64,000 nucleotides of DNA from Chiloscyllium plagiosum (Eukaryota): assembly GCF_004010195.1 (NCBI RefSeq), contig NC_057719.1, forward strand, positions 83,866,388 through 83,930,387, given 5' to 3'. Under the pieces are notes generated by a model. That model was not told the origin of the DNA, did no database searches, and saw only the letters and a program-made list of their open reading frames with translations. This document shows, piece after piece, positions 39,836 to 51,962 of this stretch; the stretch's first letter is position 1, and every line of letters starts with the position of its first letter. Position numbers and translations under genes: made by a program.

Positions 39836-40168
39836 TTTAGATTACTTAGATTAGATTAGATTACTTACAGTGTGGAAACAGGCCCTTCGGCCCAACAAGT
39901 CCACACCAACCCGCCGAAGCGCAACCCACCCAGACCCATTCCCCTACATTTACCCCTGCACCTAACACTACGGGCAATTTAGCATGGCCAATTCACCTAA
40001 CCTGCACATTTTTGGACTGTGGGAGGAAACCGGAGCACCCGGAGGAAACCCACGCAGGCACGGGGAGAATGTGCAAACTCCACACAGTCAGTCGCCTGAA
40101 GCGGGAATTGAACCCAGGTCTCTGGCGCTGTGAGGCAACAGTGCTAACCACTGTGCCACCGCGCCGCC
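39836..40168 (-). mobile_element. HE1 V-SINE, young
   Basis: Near-consensus, with a (GATTA)n tail on the + strand. Confidence 0.95.
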
Positions 40169-40269
40169 CTCAAGAAATTGCAGTCATACCTTGTCTGCTC
40201 ATGTGCTCAGATCACTTTAAACCAATTTTTTAGTCAATTAATATTTGTGAAGGATAGTCTCTGAAGGGT

Positions 40270-40600
40270 AGGAAACATGGCAGACAACTTTTCTACAGCA
40301 ACATAACACAATAACAATATGATAAATTATCAGATAATCTGTAGTGACCTTGGTTGAAGAATAAATATTGCTCAAAAGCTCAAGGAGAACTCTCTTGAAT
40401 TTCTTTAAGTAATGTTTTGCAGCCTTGAGCATCCAACTTGAGAGCTGGCACTGGTTTAACATCTTACCTGAAAAATGACACTTCTAACAGTGAAGCATCA
40501 CTTCAGTACTGCACTGGTTCTGTCAGTCTAGATTTTGCATGCAAACCTTCAAAATCGGACCTTAACCCACGGACATTTGAATCGGTGGTAACAATGCTAC
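40270..40600 (-). mobile_element. DeuSINE-like
   Basis: Reverse-complement similarity to 10370-10742. Confidence 0.65.
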
Positions 40601-41029
40601 CTGCCAAATGATATGGGGGACAAAGCAGAAAGCGTCACATGCTCATGGTGGTGCAGGCAGAGATAGAATTTTCAGGGGAGCACAACTGGATAATGTTGTT
40701 TTATCTATTTTGATAAAACTGCTTTTTATGAAAGTAAATAGTTAAACTGTACAGATGGGTTGACAAGTTCAACATCCAGTCCCTGCACGTGTAGCTAAGG
40801 AGAAGAAAGTCGAGATATCACAATTAATTCAGCTTGCCTGCGTTAGACAGGAATGTATCAGTCACAGTCATCGCGCTGTAACTTCTGTTGAAGGTTTAAC
40901 AGTAGGCAGTGGTTGGTGAGGAATCAGACTCAATTGCAATGCCAAATGCAGTGAACAAATGAGGCACTCACCGTGGCTGATGTGCATGGAAGCATACCTT
41001 AACGGAAGACAGAGACTACAGGCAAGGAA

Positions 41030-41680
41030 CATAGGAACAGGGGGAGGTTGTCTTCTTGAATCTTTTTGCCATTCAATTTCTCAACAGTTTGACTTGTATC
41101 TTAGATATATCTATTTATCCAATAAATAATGCTAATACATTTACTACAAAAGTCTACCCATTTTAGTTCTGAAATTTTCACCTTGCCCCTGAGAGAGAGA
41201 TTTCTGGAGAGAGTTCCAAATTTCCCCTCCCTTTTGTGTTAGTAAGTGCTTCCTGATATCACACCTGAATGACTCCAATTTTAAGTTTATAAACCTTTGT
41301 TTTGGGATCACACACGAGAGGAAATAGCTTCTTTTGATCCTAATTCTCAAAAATCCTTCAATTCCTGTAAACAGCTTAATTTAATCATCTCTTAATCTTC
41401 TATATTCAGGAAAATAAAAACGTGGGCTTTAAGCAATCAGTCCTCATGACGTAATCCTTTACAAGTCCACTGTAACTCATATCCTCCCTGGGCAACACAT
41501 CCTTTTTGAGATGAGATGTCCAGAATTGAATGCAGTTCACCAGGTATGGCTACCTTGCCCCCCCCCCCAAACAGCTGTAACATTACTTATTCCTTGTTAT
41601 TATTAAGATAAAGGCCTACAATCCATTGGCATTTTGAATTATTCTCTTTTCCTGTTCACTAACTTTCAGTGGTAGTAAGA
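41030..41680 (-). mobile_element. Degraded CR1 3' portion
   Basis: FRCDIRKHLLTQ....IWNSL on the minus strand, plus a gaacataggaacagg tail. Confidence 0.7.
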
Positions 41681-41782
41681 GAAAATATGGGTGGAGGTGA
41701 AAAACAAATACAGTCTCTCTCTTTTGAGGTTCCTTTCCCAACAAAGTATTGCAAGTGGAATTAATTTGGAAAAAATGATCAT

Positions 41783-42157
41783 AGCTGAAAAATGTATTGC
41801 TGGAAAAGCGCAGCAGGTCAGGCAGCATCAAAGGAGAAGGAGAATCGACGTTTTGGGAATAAGCCCTTCTTCAGGAATGAGGAGGATGTGCCAAGCAGGC
41901 TAAGATAAAAGGTAGGGAGGAGGGACTTGGGGGAGGGGCGTTGGGAATGCGATAGGTGGAAGGAGGTTAAGGTGAGGGTGATAGGCCGGAGAGGGGGTGG
42001 GGGGCGGAGAGGTCGGGAAGAAGATTGCAGGTCAAGAAGGCGGTGCTGAGTCTGAGGATTGGGACTGAGAAAAGGTGGGGGGAGGGGAAATGAGGAAGCT
42101 GGAGAAATCTGCATTCATCCCTTGCAACACATTTTTCAGCTCTGATCCCCAGCATCT
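41783..42157 (-). mobile_element. PLE 3' region with a hammerhead motif and a short inverted terminal copy
   Basis: Minus strand has CTGAAGAagggcttattcccAAAACGTCg. The + strand is G-rich, and the terminal gcaacacatttttcagct is inverted relative to 41783. Confidence 0.75.
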
Positions 42158-42384
42158 CTTAGAAAATGATAGCCTGGATCAGCAGAACAAAAAAGCTAAA
42201 GGACCCACTGCACAACATGTGCAAGTGTATTATAAGTTATTTTATATATGTTCTCTATAGGGGTCTTTTGCATTTACATATGCACAATCACAATCACACA
42301 TAAGCCTTTTTTGCACACTTGAATCAATTTTTTCTCTACAAGATTTGACTACATGATCTAGGCTGACAATCCTCGAGCTCAGGT

Positions 42385-42546
42385 AAATCATCACACAAAA
42401 CCAGGTTATAGCCCGACAGGTGTATTTGGAACTACATAGCTTTCGGAGTGCTGCTCCCTCACCTGGTAGCACTCCAAAAGCTAGTGCTTCCAAATAAACC
42501 TGGTGTTGTGCGGTTTTTAACTTTGTGCACCCAGTCCAACACGTCA
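42385..42546. mobile_element. PLE-derived fold-back element (same family as 26858)
   Basis: Arms tatttggaactacatagctttcggagtgct and agcactccaaaagctagtgcttccaaata. Confidence 0.7.
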
Positions 42547-42549
42547 ATC

Positions 42550-42885
42550 CTAGAACTGAGGGAGTGCTGCACTATTCAGGATGTCACCTTGTGGGAGAGA
42601 CTGCCCTCTGAAGTGGGTGCATGATGTTATTGAAGAGGAGAGGGCACAGTTCTCCTCCATTTGCTCTATAACTTAGTTATATTAACAGCCAACCTACATC
42701 ACTGAAGCAGCTAAACCATTGGTCATTACCACATTATTGTTTGTAAGACCTTGCTGTGTGTAAATTAGCCAGTGTGTTTCCTACATGACAACAGTGACAA
42801 CGTGTCAAAACTACTTCACTGACCAGGAAGAGCTTTGGAATATCCTAAGTTTATGAAGGGCCCTAGATAAATTCAAATTTTCTTT
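42550..42885 (+). mobile_element. DeuSINE-like
   Basis: Reads actgagggagtgctgcact...gaagaggag..agttctcc...tttcctaca...gctttggaa. Confidence 0.7.
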
Positions 42886-42974
42886 TTATTTCAATATAAA
42901 CAGTTAGAGCCTTGATACAACTGATTGAAAATGACGACAGGCTGTTGTAGTTTGTTAATGAAAAAGACCATTAC

Positions 42975-43059
42975 CTTCAGGCAGGGAGGAACGACTTGCG
43001 CTCGAGCTTGGCACAAAGTTTTGACTCAGCCTTGTTGTGATCTGGTTCGTTAGGACGAC
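42975..43059 (-). CDS. RAD51B: Internal coding exon of a RAD51 paralog, most likely RAD51B (equivalent to human exon 8)
   Basis: Minus strand reads cctttccctctctgcAG|GTC GTC CTA ACG AAC CAG ATC ACA ACA AGG CTG AGT...CCT GAA G|GTaatg. The exon is 85 nt, phase 0 to phase 1, and encodes VVLTNQITTRLSQNFVPSSSASRSSLPE(G); the other two frames have stops. It resembles RAD51B VILTNQITTHLS...LSEG (recalled). RAD51C has QMTT and a shorter exon. No neighbouring exons were found, consistent with the very large RAD51B introns. Confidence 0.8.
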
Positions 43060-43653
43060 CTGCAGAGAGGGAAAGGAGAGTTACAGCAAGGCGCCTTCAC
43101 ATCTTCCTCAGAAGCATCTTTCCTTTCAGGAGCACTGGAAGGAATTTGGCACCCTTTCTCATTGGCAAGTGTGGTGGTGAGGGGCATTTAATGAGACAGG
43201 TGAGAACCCCATCCTTTGCTCATCTTCAAAGTTGGGATGGCCATGGATGCCAACTTAAACTTTTAGAGTGGCAATGTCTGCTCAAGGGGCTCTTCCAGTT
43301 GTTGGCACTAACTTGGCACAGGTGCTAGACCCCCTAGCTATGCTGCAAATTCCCTAGTCTATAGCGCCTATGGTGTGATCACCATCCTGCATCACCTATC
43401 TCTGGCCTAGCATTGGTAGCAGTAGCCACCTCCTTCTCGATTGTGAGGCTGTTCAAAGAATTGCTGGCCTCTGATTGGCCAGCAGCTCTTGGCGAGCAGG
43501 ACCTCCACTCTTGAGGAGGACCCACTGCTTCACCGTTAAATGTAGCCAGCGGGTAAGACCACTGCCGCCTCCATTAAATATAACATCCAGAGTCAGTACC
43601 CAGACTCCCAGATTTGGTGCAGCACAGGGCAAATGCCAAGTATAGCTCCCTCT

Positions 43654-43789
43654 GGGAGGCTTCGCCTGGAGGTCCACTGAAGATCTTGCCTAGTAGGGTG
43701 ATAAAACGTCTGGAAATGAACCTTGCAGCACAGTGAGCAAACCTACATCCAGAACCTCAACCTGAGCTACAAATCTTCTCAAAACTCGC
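43654..43789 (+). mobile_element. 136-bp PLE end with a hammerhead motif and 13-bp TSD
   Basis: TSD tatagctccctct at 43641-43653 and 43790-43802; core TCCA-CTGAAGA...AAACGTC-TGGA. Confidence 0.75.
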
Positions 43790-44055
43790 TATAGCTCCCT
43801 CTTCCTAGTCTCCATCAAATACTCCCAGGGCAGATACAGCCTAGGATTTGATACAGAGTAAAGATTCCTCTACACTGTCCCATTAAACAGTCCCAGGGCA
43901 GATACACCACAGATTAGACACAATGTAAAACTCCATCTATACCAATAGTGCTTGAAGGCCAGATAATGGACAGGGCAAATGCAAAGTAAATCTCCACTTC
44001 TGCTGCCTAGGTCCATTATAACATTATAGGTTAGACTCAACAGTAAAGCTTTCCC
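43790..44055 (+). repeat. Degenerate ~66-bp tandem repeat
   Basis: Recurrent ctctacactgtcccat.aaaca.tcccagggcagataca...gatacagagtaaag. Confidence 0.65.
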
Positions 44056-44079
44056 TTCTTCACTGCATCAGGTATTAAG

Positions 44080-44695
44080 TACTAACACAGAGTATGCTGG
44101 AGAAACCTAGCAGGTTTGGCAGTACCTGTTCAGAGGGAATCAGAATTAACGTTTTGAGTCTGGTATGACACTTCTTCAGAACTGAAAGTTGTTAGAAAAT
44201 GCCTGCTTTATACTTTGACAGAAGCAGAGATCCAGTGCAAAAGACAAAGGTGCTGTTTTGTTATGGAGAAACGGAAAGAGAGAGATAAAATGGATGGAGG
44301 GTTGTCTCTACCAAGAGCAAAGTAAACAGGACACAAACAAGACAAACCTGAGTGGCATGTGCTGGAGGATAAGAAAAATGGAGAACAGACATAATGCGGT
44401 CAGTTTTTGAAATTATAGAATTCAATTTTGAGACCTCGAGGCAGTAAAGAAACTAAACAGAAAAGTGGGATGTTTTTCTTCAAACTTCTGTTGTGCTTTG
44501 TTGGAACATTGCAACAGGCCCAGAACAGATATATCAGTATGACAGCCAGGTGATTTACTGAAATGACAAGCAACTGGGACGTCGGGATCATTCCTACAGA
44601 CAGAGTCGAGATGCTCCACAAAGTGGTCACCCAGTCTGCATTTTGTCCTGCCAACATAAAGGAGACCACATTGTGAGCAGCGAATGCAGTAGATG
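44080..44695 (-). mobile_element. Penelope-like element 3' part with a GIY-YIG endonuclease C-terminus
   Basis: EHLDSVCRNDPDVPVACHFS.SP..HTDISVLGLLQC.....KFEEKH, then GLKIEFYNF in a shifted frame. Downstream is CTGAAGAagtgtcataccagactcAAAACGTT. Confidence 0.82.
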
Positions 44696-44699
44696 GGCT

Positions 44700-45485
44700 T
44701 GAACTACCTGTAAAATTATGAGATAAGGTAGACAGGAAGAAACCTTTCCACTTTCTGGAAAGACCAGGGGCATAGATTTAAGGTAAAGGGCAGAAGGTTC
44801 AGAGGAGACATGAGGAAAGACGGAGTTTTTTGAAGAACTAACAAAGAGGATTGATGAGGGCAGAGCGGTAGATGTGATCTATATGGACTTCAGTAAGGCG
44901 TTCAACAAGGTTCCCTATGGGAGACTGATTAGCAAGGTTAGATCTCACGAGATACAGGGAGAACTAGCCATTTGGATACAGAACTGGCTCAAAGGTAGAA
45001 GACAGAGGGTGGTGGTGGAGGGATGTTTTTCAGACTGGAGGCCTGTGACCAGTGGAGTGCCACAAGGATCGGTGCTGGACCCACTATTTTTCATCATTTA
45101 TATAAATGATTTGGATGTGAGAATAAGATGTGAAGTTGGCATTTGGGTGGGTATATGAATAGGAAGGGTTTGGAGGGATATGGGATGGGTGCTGGCAGGT
45201 GGGACTGGATTGGGTTGGGATATCTGGTCGGCATGGACGGGTTGGACTGAAGGGTCTGCTTCCATGTTGTACATCTCTATGACATCAGAGGGTGGTGGGA
45301 ATCTGGAACTCACTGCTTCTAAGGATGGGAGAGGCAGAAACCCTCACAAACATTTAGATGTGTACTTGTGATGCCAAGGCTATGTGCCAAATTCCAAAAA
45401 ATGGGATTGGAATAATTCGGCAGTTGTTTTTGACTGGCGTGGAATTGGTGAGCTGAAGGGCCTTTTCTGTGCTGGCAATCTCTGA
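44700..45485 (+). mobile_element. Nested CR1s: an older 3' end split by an internally deleted HER1 copy (44820-45283)
   Basis: The inner copy has [12 protein letters not shown]...[17 protein letters not shown] joined to a HER1 tail. The outer copy resumes at cagagggtggtgggaatctggaactc. Confidence 0.85.
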
Positions 45486-45589
45486 CTAAGCGGAACAGAA
45501 ATTCTGCCTGGGTGTAAGAGCCTGGAGGGAACCCATTCTCTTCTTTTCATACCTTACTTTATACGAATTTTACATCTCCTTTTCTCTTT

Positions 45590-45800
45590 ACCCACCATTA
45601 ACAACACCGAGGTCTTTTGCATTTGGCCATGCCTCTGTCAAAGGTAGAGAAGAAAAGTTTTTCAACACCTTTCAGCTCCAAAAAACAGTCACCCTGGACT
45701 CGAAACATTAATGCTGTTTCTTGATTGATGTTGCCAGACCTGCTGAGTTCCTCCAGCACTCTCCTCATTTCAGATTTCCAGCATCCAAAAGATTTCATTT
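45590..45800 (+). mobile_element. PLE terminal fragment
   Basis: Reads ggactcGAAAcattaa...gatgttgccagacctgctgagttcctccagca...atttccagcatc. Confidence 0.6.
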
Positions 45801-45869
45801 TTACTCAATACTGAGTAAACATTTCTCTATATTCTGTCACCAAAATGCTTCAACATTCAAATGCAAATC

Positions 45870-46190
45870 AAACATAGGAACAGAAGTAAGCCACTCAGTC
45901 CCTTGAGCCTGGTCTGTCTGCTTTCAATGAAATCATGGTAGGTGTAACCCTCAACCCTAATGATTTTGACCCATATCCCTTAATACCTTTGCTTAACAAA
46001 AACTTATCTATCACAGATTCCGCATCCACTGCATCTTGTGGAAGTGTGTTCCAAACCTCTATTCTATGCTGTAATCCTCCAAGGCCAACATATCTCTCCT
46101 AAGGTATAATGTCCTGATCTGTTCTCAGTGCTATAGCATAATTTCTGCATTCTTATACTCCCGCCCTCCAGATATAAAGGCCACCTCTCT
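45870..46190 (-). mobile_element. Degraded CR1 3' end
   Basis: Tail aacataggaacagaagtaagccactcagtcccttgagcct. Confidence 0.65.
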
Positions 46191-46337
46191 CAAAAAGCAT
46201 ACCATGACCTGAGCGGGATGATAATTTGGAGAAAATTCCATCCTGGTGGACTTGTATCCAACCGGATATGGGCTGAGACTGACTAATTTATTTCACACAA
46301 AATCATTTTAAACGTCTGCTATTAAAAACAATTACCT

Positions 46338-46651
46338 ATTAGATTAGATTAGATTCCCTACAGTGTGGAAACAGGCCCTTCGGCCCAACAAGTCCACACT
46401 GACCCTCTGAAGAGTAACCCACCCAGACTCATTTCCCTCTGACTAATGCACCTAACACTACGGGCAATTTAGCATGGCCAATTCACCCGACCTGCACATC
46501 TTTGTGACTGTGGGAGGAAACTGGAGCACCCGGAGGAAACCCACGCAGACACGGGGAGAATGTGCAAACTCCACACAGTCAGTCACCCAAGGCTGGAATC
46601 GAACCCGGGTCCCTAGTGCTGTGAGGCAGCAGTGCTAACCACCGAGCCACC
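46338..46651 (-). mobile_element. HE1 V-SINE
   Basis: Near-full copy with a (GATTA)n tail. Confidence 0.95.
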
Positions 46652-46755
46652 TTATTTTCTATCAATGCTACTTAACTCTATGATCTGCCTGTACTGCTCG
46701 CAAGACAAAGCTATTCACTGTGCCTTGGTACACACGACAATAAATTCAATTCAAC
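46652..46755 (+). mobile_element. Probable Rex1/Babar-type LINE 3' tail
   Basis: Contains ttcactgtgccttggtacacacgacaataaa; a similar minus copy is at 63792-64000. The clade assignment is tentative. Confidence 0.45.
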
Positions 46756-46895
46756 AACAACTTGCATTTATAACACAGCTTTAACATGGTAAGACTTCTC
46801 AGAAGTCATTATCAGTCAAACATTTGACACAGTGCCTTTAAGATTATATTAGAATAAGTGATCATTTGATTAAAAAAAAGTAGAGCTTACGAAAG

Positions 46896-47218
46896 AGGCA
46901 GCACAATGGCTCAGTAATGAGCACTGTTGCCTCTTACCACTAGAAACTGGGTTTAATTCTACCTTTGAGTCACTGTCTGTGTGGGGTTTGCATATTCTCC
47001 CCGTGTCTACGTGGTACCCTCCGGCTGCTTTGGTTTCTTTCCACAGTCCAAAGCTGTGCAGGTTAGGTGGCTTGACCATGCTAAGTTGCCCATAGTGTCC
47101 TGGTATGTGTAGGTTAGGTGGATTAGCCATGGTTTGCAGGGATAGGGTGGGTCTGGGCGAGATGCTGTTCAGAGGGTTGGCGTGGACCCAATGGGCTGAA
47201 TGGCCTGTAGGGATTCTG
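46896..47218 (+). mobile_element. HE1 V-SINE (diverged) inserted in an L2 3' end
   Basis: Head, V-domain and tail present; L2-like sequence on both sides. Confidence 0.85.
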
Positions 47219-47382
47219 AGGATCTTAAAGCAGGCTAGAGACAGAGAGGTTGAGGAGTTAAGAAGGAATTTCAAAGATTATGCACTAGACAGCTGAAACT
47301 AACTGGCATTGGTGGATTATTGAGATATTCAAGTTGCTAGAACTGGAGAGATGCGACTGGAGTTTAGAAAGGAAGGCATAGG

Positions 47383-48290
47383 TCACATGGATTTTAGTAA
47401 GGCATTTGATAAGGTTCCCCATGGTAGGTTTATGCGGAAAGTCAGGAGGCATGGGATAGAGGGAAATTTGGTCAATTGGATAGAAAACTGGCTAACCGGT
47501 CGAAGTCAGAGAGTGGTGGTAGATGGTAAATATTCAGCCTGGAGCCCAGCTACAAGTGGAGTTCCGCAGGGATCAGTCCTGGGTCCTCTGCTGTTCGTAA
47601 TTTTTATTAATGACTTGGATGAGGGAGTCAAAGGGTGGGTCAGTAAATTTGCAGATGATACAAAGATTGGTGGAGTTGTGGATAGTGAGCAGGGCTGTTG
47701 TTGGCTGCAAAGGGACTTAGATATGATGCAGAGCAGGGCTGAGGAGTGGCAGATGGAGTTCAACCCTGCCAAGTGTAAGGTTGTCCATTTTGGAANNNNN
47801 NNNNNNNNNNNNNNNNNNNNNNNNNNNNNNNNNNNNNNNNNNNNNNNNNNNNNNNNNNNNNNNNNNNNNNNNNNNNNNNNNNNNNNNNNNNNNNNNNNNN
47901 NNNNNNNNNNNNNNNNNNNNNNNNNNNNNNNNNNNNNNNNNNNNNNNNNNNNNNNNNNNNNNNNNNNNNNNNNNNNNNNNNNNNNNNNNNNNNNNNNNNN
48001 NNNNNNNNNNNNNNNNNNNNNNNNNNNNNNNNNNNNNNNNNNNNNNNNNNNNNNNNNNNNNNNNNNNNNNNNNNNNNNNNNNNNNNNATGTCAGGGGTGG
48101 GTTCTTTACCCAGAGAGTGGTGGGGGCATGGAATGTGCTGCCTGTGGGTGTGGCAAAGTCAGAATCTTTGGTGACCTTTAAGCGGCAATTGGATAGGTAC
48201 ATGGATAGATGCTTAAGCTAGGACAAATGTTCGGCACAACATCGTGGGCTGAAGGGCCTGTTCTGTGCTGTATTGTTCTATGTTCTATGT
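47383..48290 (+). mobile_element. Young 5'-truncated CR1 (RT) spanning a gap
   Basis: MDFSKAFDKVPH...[21 protein letters not shown]...KFADDTK...WQMEFNPAKC, with a (ttctatg) tail. Confidence 0.93.
47796..48087. other. Assembly gap (292 N)
   Basis: Run of N inside a CR1. Confidence 0.99.
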
Positions 48291-48304
48291 GCAGTGCAAC
48301 TTCT

Positions 48305-48618
48305 ATTAGATTAGATTACTTACAGTGTAGAAACAGGCCCTTCGGCCCAACAAGTCCACACCGCCCCGCCAAAGCGCAACCCACCCATACCCCTACATTT
48401 ACCCCTTACCTAACACTACGGGCAATTTAGCATGGCCAATTCACCTGACCTGTACATCTTTAGACTGTGGGAGGCAACCGGAGCACCCGGAGGAAACCCA
48501 CGCAGACACGGGGAGAACGTGCAAACTCCACACAGTCAGTCGCCTGAGGCGGGAATTGATCCCGGGTCTCTGGCGCTGTGAGGCAGTAGTGCTAACCACT
48601 GCGCCACCGTGCCGCCCA
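48305..48618 (-). mobile_element. HE1 V-SINE, young
   Basis: Near-consensus copy. Confidence 0.95.
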
Positions 48619-48959
48619 TAATTCTAATTGACAACCTCAGGAAATCTGACAGATGAAAGTCATTTTTTGCACACAATTCAACAGATGTCATGGACACTAA
48701 AGCAAACTGCGTAGCTGAAAGCCTCACCACTCAAAGCATGAAACTACTGACACCAAACAAGAGCGAAGGTGGAAACTGTGCGGCTTTGCAAATGGAGCAC
48801 ATTTGTGCCCACAATACACAGTTGAGAAAGAGAAACCAAGCCAAAGTAACTTGACTGCTTCTACATCACTGCTCATTGTGTTTGTCAAAAAATAACAAAC
48901 AAAATAGTTTACCTAGTCTGCTTCCTGGTCAGGGTGCTACTCCTCTTCTTAAATAGGTA

Positions 48960-50215
48960 TGGACTCAGTCGTATACAGTGCAGGAGGCCATTCAGCCCAT
49001 TGTGTCAGCACCAGTCAACAAAGATCTGATTACACTAATCCCATTTTCCAGTTTTTGGCCCATAGCCATGGAAGCCATGGCAACACAAGTGAATATCTAA
49101 ATATTGTTTCAGTATCAAGAGTGTTTCACTCTTTCAGGCAGCAAGTTCCAAACTCTCACTACCCTGTGAATGGAAAAAAGTTCTCATCAATTCACCTCTG
49201 AGTCTTACCTTAAATCTCTGCCCAGAGTTATTCACCACTTTACTAATGACTTAGATTTGGATTTTATCATCAATGGAAAAAGTGCCTTTGTTCGGAGGGA
49301 TATGGGCCAAGCGCAGGCAGGTGTGACTAGATTAGTTTGGAATTATGGTTGGCATGGTCAGGTTGGACCGAAGGGTCTGTTTCCATGCTATATAACTCTA
49401 CCCATTCTATCTATGCCCCTTATCATGTGCACCTCTGTCATGTTCCCACTCAACATTCATTGAGCAAGGAAAACAATCCGGATATATCCATTCTTTCCTC
49501 ACAGCTCAGACCCTCCAGCCCAGACAACATCCGGTCAATTTCTGCACCTTTTCTAGTGCAATCACATCCTTCCTGAAACATAATAAATAAAATTGCACAC
49601 AATACTCCAGCTGTGGCCTAACCAGTGTTTTTTTTCAGTTCCAGCATAATCCACTTGCTTTTGGATTCTATGTTCAGATATGGGTGGCACAGTGGCTCAG
49701 TGGTTAGCACTGCTGCCTCACAGTGCCAGGGCCCTGGGTCAGATTCCAGCCTCGGGTGACTGTCTGTGTGGAGTTTGCACATTCTCCTCCTGTCTGTACG
49801 GGTTTCCTCCGGGTGCTCTGGTTTCCTCCCACAATCCAAAGGTGTGCAGGTTAGGTGAATTGACCATGGGAAATTGCCCATAGTGTTCAGGGATGTGTAG
49901 GTGAGGTGCATTACTCACCTACACATCCCTGTAGGTGAGTAATGCACCTAATAAGGTAGGGGAATGGGTCTGGGTGGATACTCTTCGGAGAGTTGGTGTG
50001 GACTTGTTGAGCCAAATGGCCTGTTCCCACACTGCAGGGATTCTGTGAACAAAGGCACCTTCTCCTTGTGCATTACCTCACAGTGTTTTGGGTTGAATTC
50101 CATTTGTCACTGATCTACCCAGCCGCCCAGTCAACTGATACTGTCCCTCAGTTTACAGCTATCCTCCCCACTATTTAGCACCCAACCAATTTTCATGTCA
50201 TCCGTGAACTTCTCA
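48960..50215 (-). mobile_element. Degraded CR1 3' portion hosting a HER1 tail (+, 49292-49400) and an HE1
   Basis: Tail ggaggccattcagccc, and LEYCVQF motif on the minus strand at ~49600. Confidence 0.75.
49682..50045 (+). mobile_element. HE1 V-SINE with an internal fold-back insertion
   Basis: Full copy with an inverted duplication at 49888-49949. Confidence 0.93.
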
Positions 50216-50989
50216 ATTTGATATATTCTCCCTCCAATTTGCATTTATATTAAACTTTTAACAAAGTAAACTATTACAATGGACTTCAACTGAATTAGTC
50301 TTGTGAAATTTTTTGTTATATTCCCTCTCAAGCATGTGCTTTCTTGCTTAGGAGACCAAAACTGTACACAACGCTCCAAGAGTGATCTCACCAAAGCCCT
50401 GTAAAACTGCAGTAACACTTCTTTACTCTTATACTCTAATACTTTTATCTTGAATGCTCACATACTAATTGCTTTCCTATTTAATTGCTCTACCTGCACG
50501 CCAACCTTCTGTGATTCATCTCCAAAGTCATTCAGATCCCGCCGTGTATCAATATGCCCATGAACAATTAAAAATATCTTGCTTTTCTATTTTTCCAGTG
50601 AAAATGGATAATTTTATGCTTTCACATATTATACTCTATTTTTCACATGTTTGTCCAATCACTTAAATGGTCTACAGTTCTCTACTGTATATGCCATGCC
50701 TCCAAGCTACACAGAAATTACATATTTGCTTATTTATGTGCAATAGGAATTTATTTACAAGAGTTGTATTTTATTGTCTGCCCTCTGTTGTTTCCAGCGA
50801 ATTCTACAGTTTGTTTGCCTGTAATCTGAGTCTATATCTAGGCCCAACCAATCAAATATCGTGAGCATCAATAGTAAACAGACTCGCATCTTCAAACACA
50901 TGACAAGTGCCCAATTGAACACCACAGTAGCCTTCTCGCATCCTCTTCATAACTCACTTTCCCATCTGGCTTGTACCTGGATAAATTAA

Positions 50990-51180
50990 AAACAACAAAA
51001 CAGAAATTGCTGGAAAATCCCAGGTCTGGCTCCATCTGTGGAGGGAAAGCAGAATTAACATTTTAGGTCTAGTGACCCTTCAGAACTGAAGATTTCTTTC
51101 TCTCCACAGATGCTGCCAATCCTGCTGCGCTTTTCCAGCAATTTTTGCTCATTTCTCATTTCCAGCATTTGTAATTCGTT
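50990..51180. mobile_element. PLE-derived fold-back element
   Basis: Arms aaattgctggaaaa...catctgtggag and ctccacagatg...ttttccagcaattt. Confidence 0.7.
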
Positions 51181-51616
51181 CTTTTCCTGGTTAAATTATG
51201 CACTGTTTCCTCATTGAACTCATTAGTACAAATTCTAAGCAACTAACACTCGAGCACCAATCCACTAGCCACAAGTTAAGCTTTGTCATCACAAACTATT
51301 ATGTTTACTTCTACTCTCGATTTTGGTCTGTTTAACAACCCTTAATCCGCGGTAATTTGTTACACAATTCCATTGCCCTGCCCTTGTGAAAAAAAATCTG
51401 TGTGAGGCCTAATAGAAAATTTTCTTTAAATATAAGTGATACACGACCTGTCACGATTCCCCAAAAAGAAGGGATATTAAAAACAGGAATACAGAGGACA
51501 AACGCCAGTACTGTGAGGATCAGTCTCTGAGCATACTTAAGTCAGAAATCAATGGATGTCTGCATATGAATTACATCGATGTAAAGCCCTCACCTGTCAT
51601 TTCTCATGTTCATACC

Positions 51617-51962
51617 AGAGAGTCCCTGCAGTGCGGAAGGAGGCCATTTGGTCCACAGAGTCTGTACTGGCCCTCCGAAGAGCATCCCTCACAGACTCAG
51701 AACCCTATTATTTCCCATAAACCCACATTTTCCATGGCTAATCCACCTAGCCTATAAATCCATGGACACTACGGACAATTTTAGCATGGCCAATCCACCT
51801 GACCTGCACATCTCTGGATTGTGGGGAGGAAACTGCAGCACCCAGCGAAAACCCACGCAGACACGGGGAAAATGTGCAAACTCCACACAGTCACCTGAGG
51901 CTGTAATTGAACCTGGGTCCTTGGCACTGTGACGTAGTAGTGTTAACCAGAGAGCCACTGTG
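51617..51962 (-). mobile_element. HE1 V-SINE (diverged)
   Basis: Head, V-domain and tail present. Confidence 0.88.
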
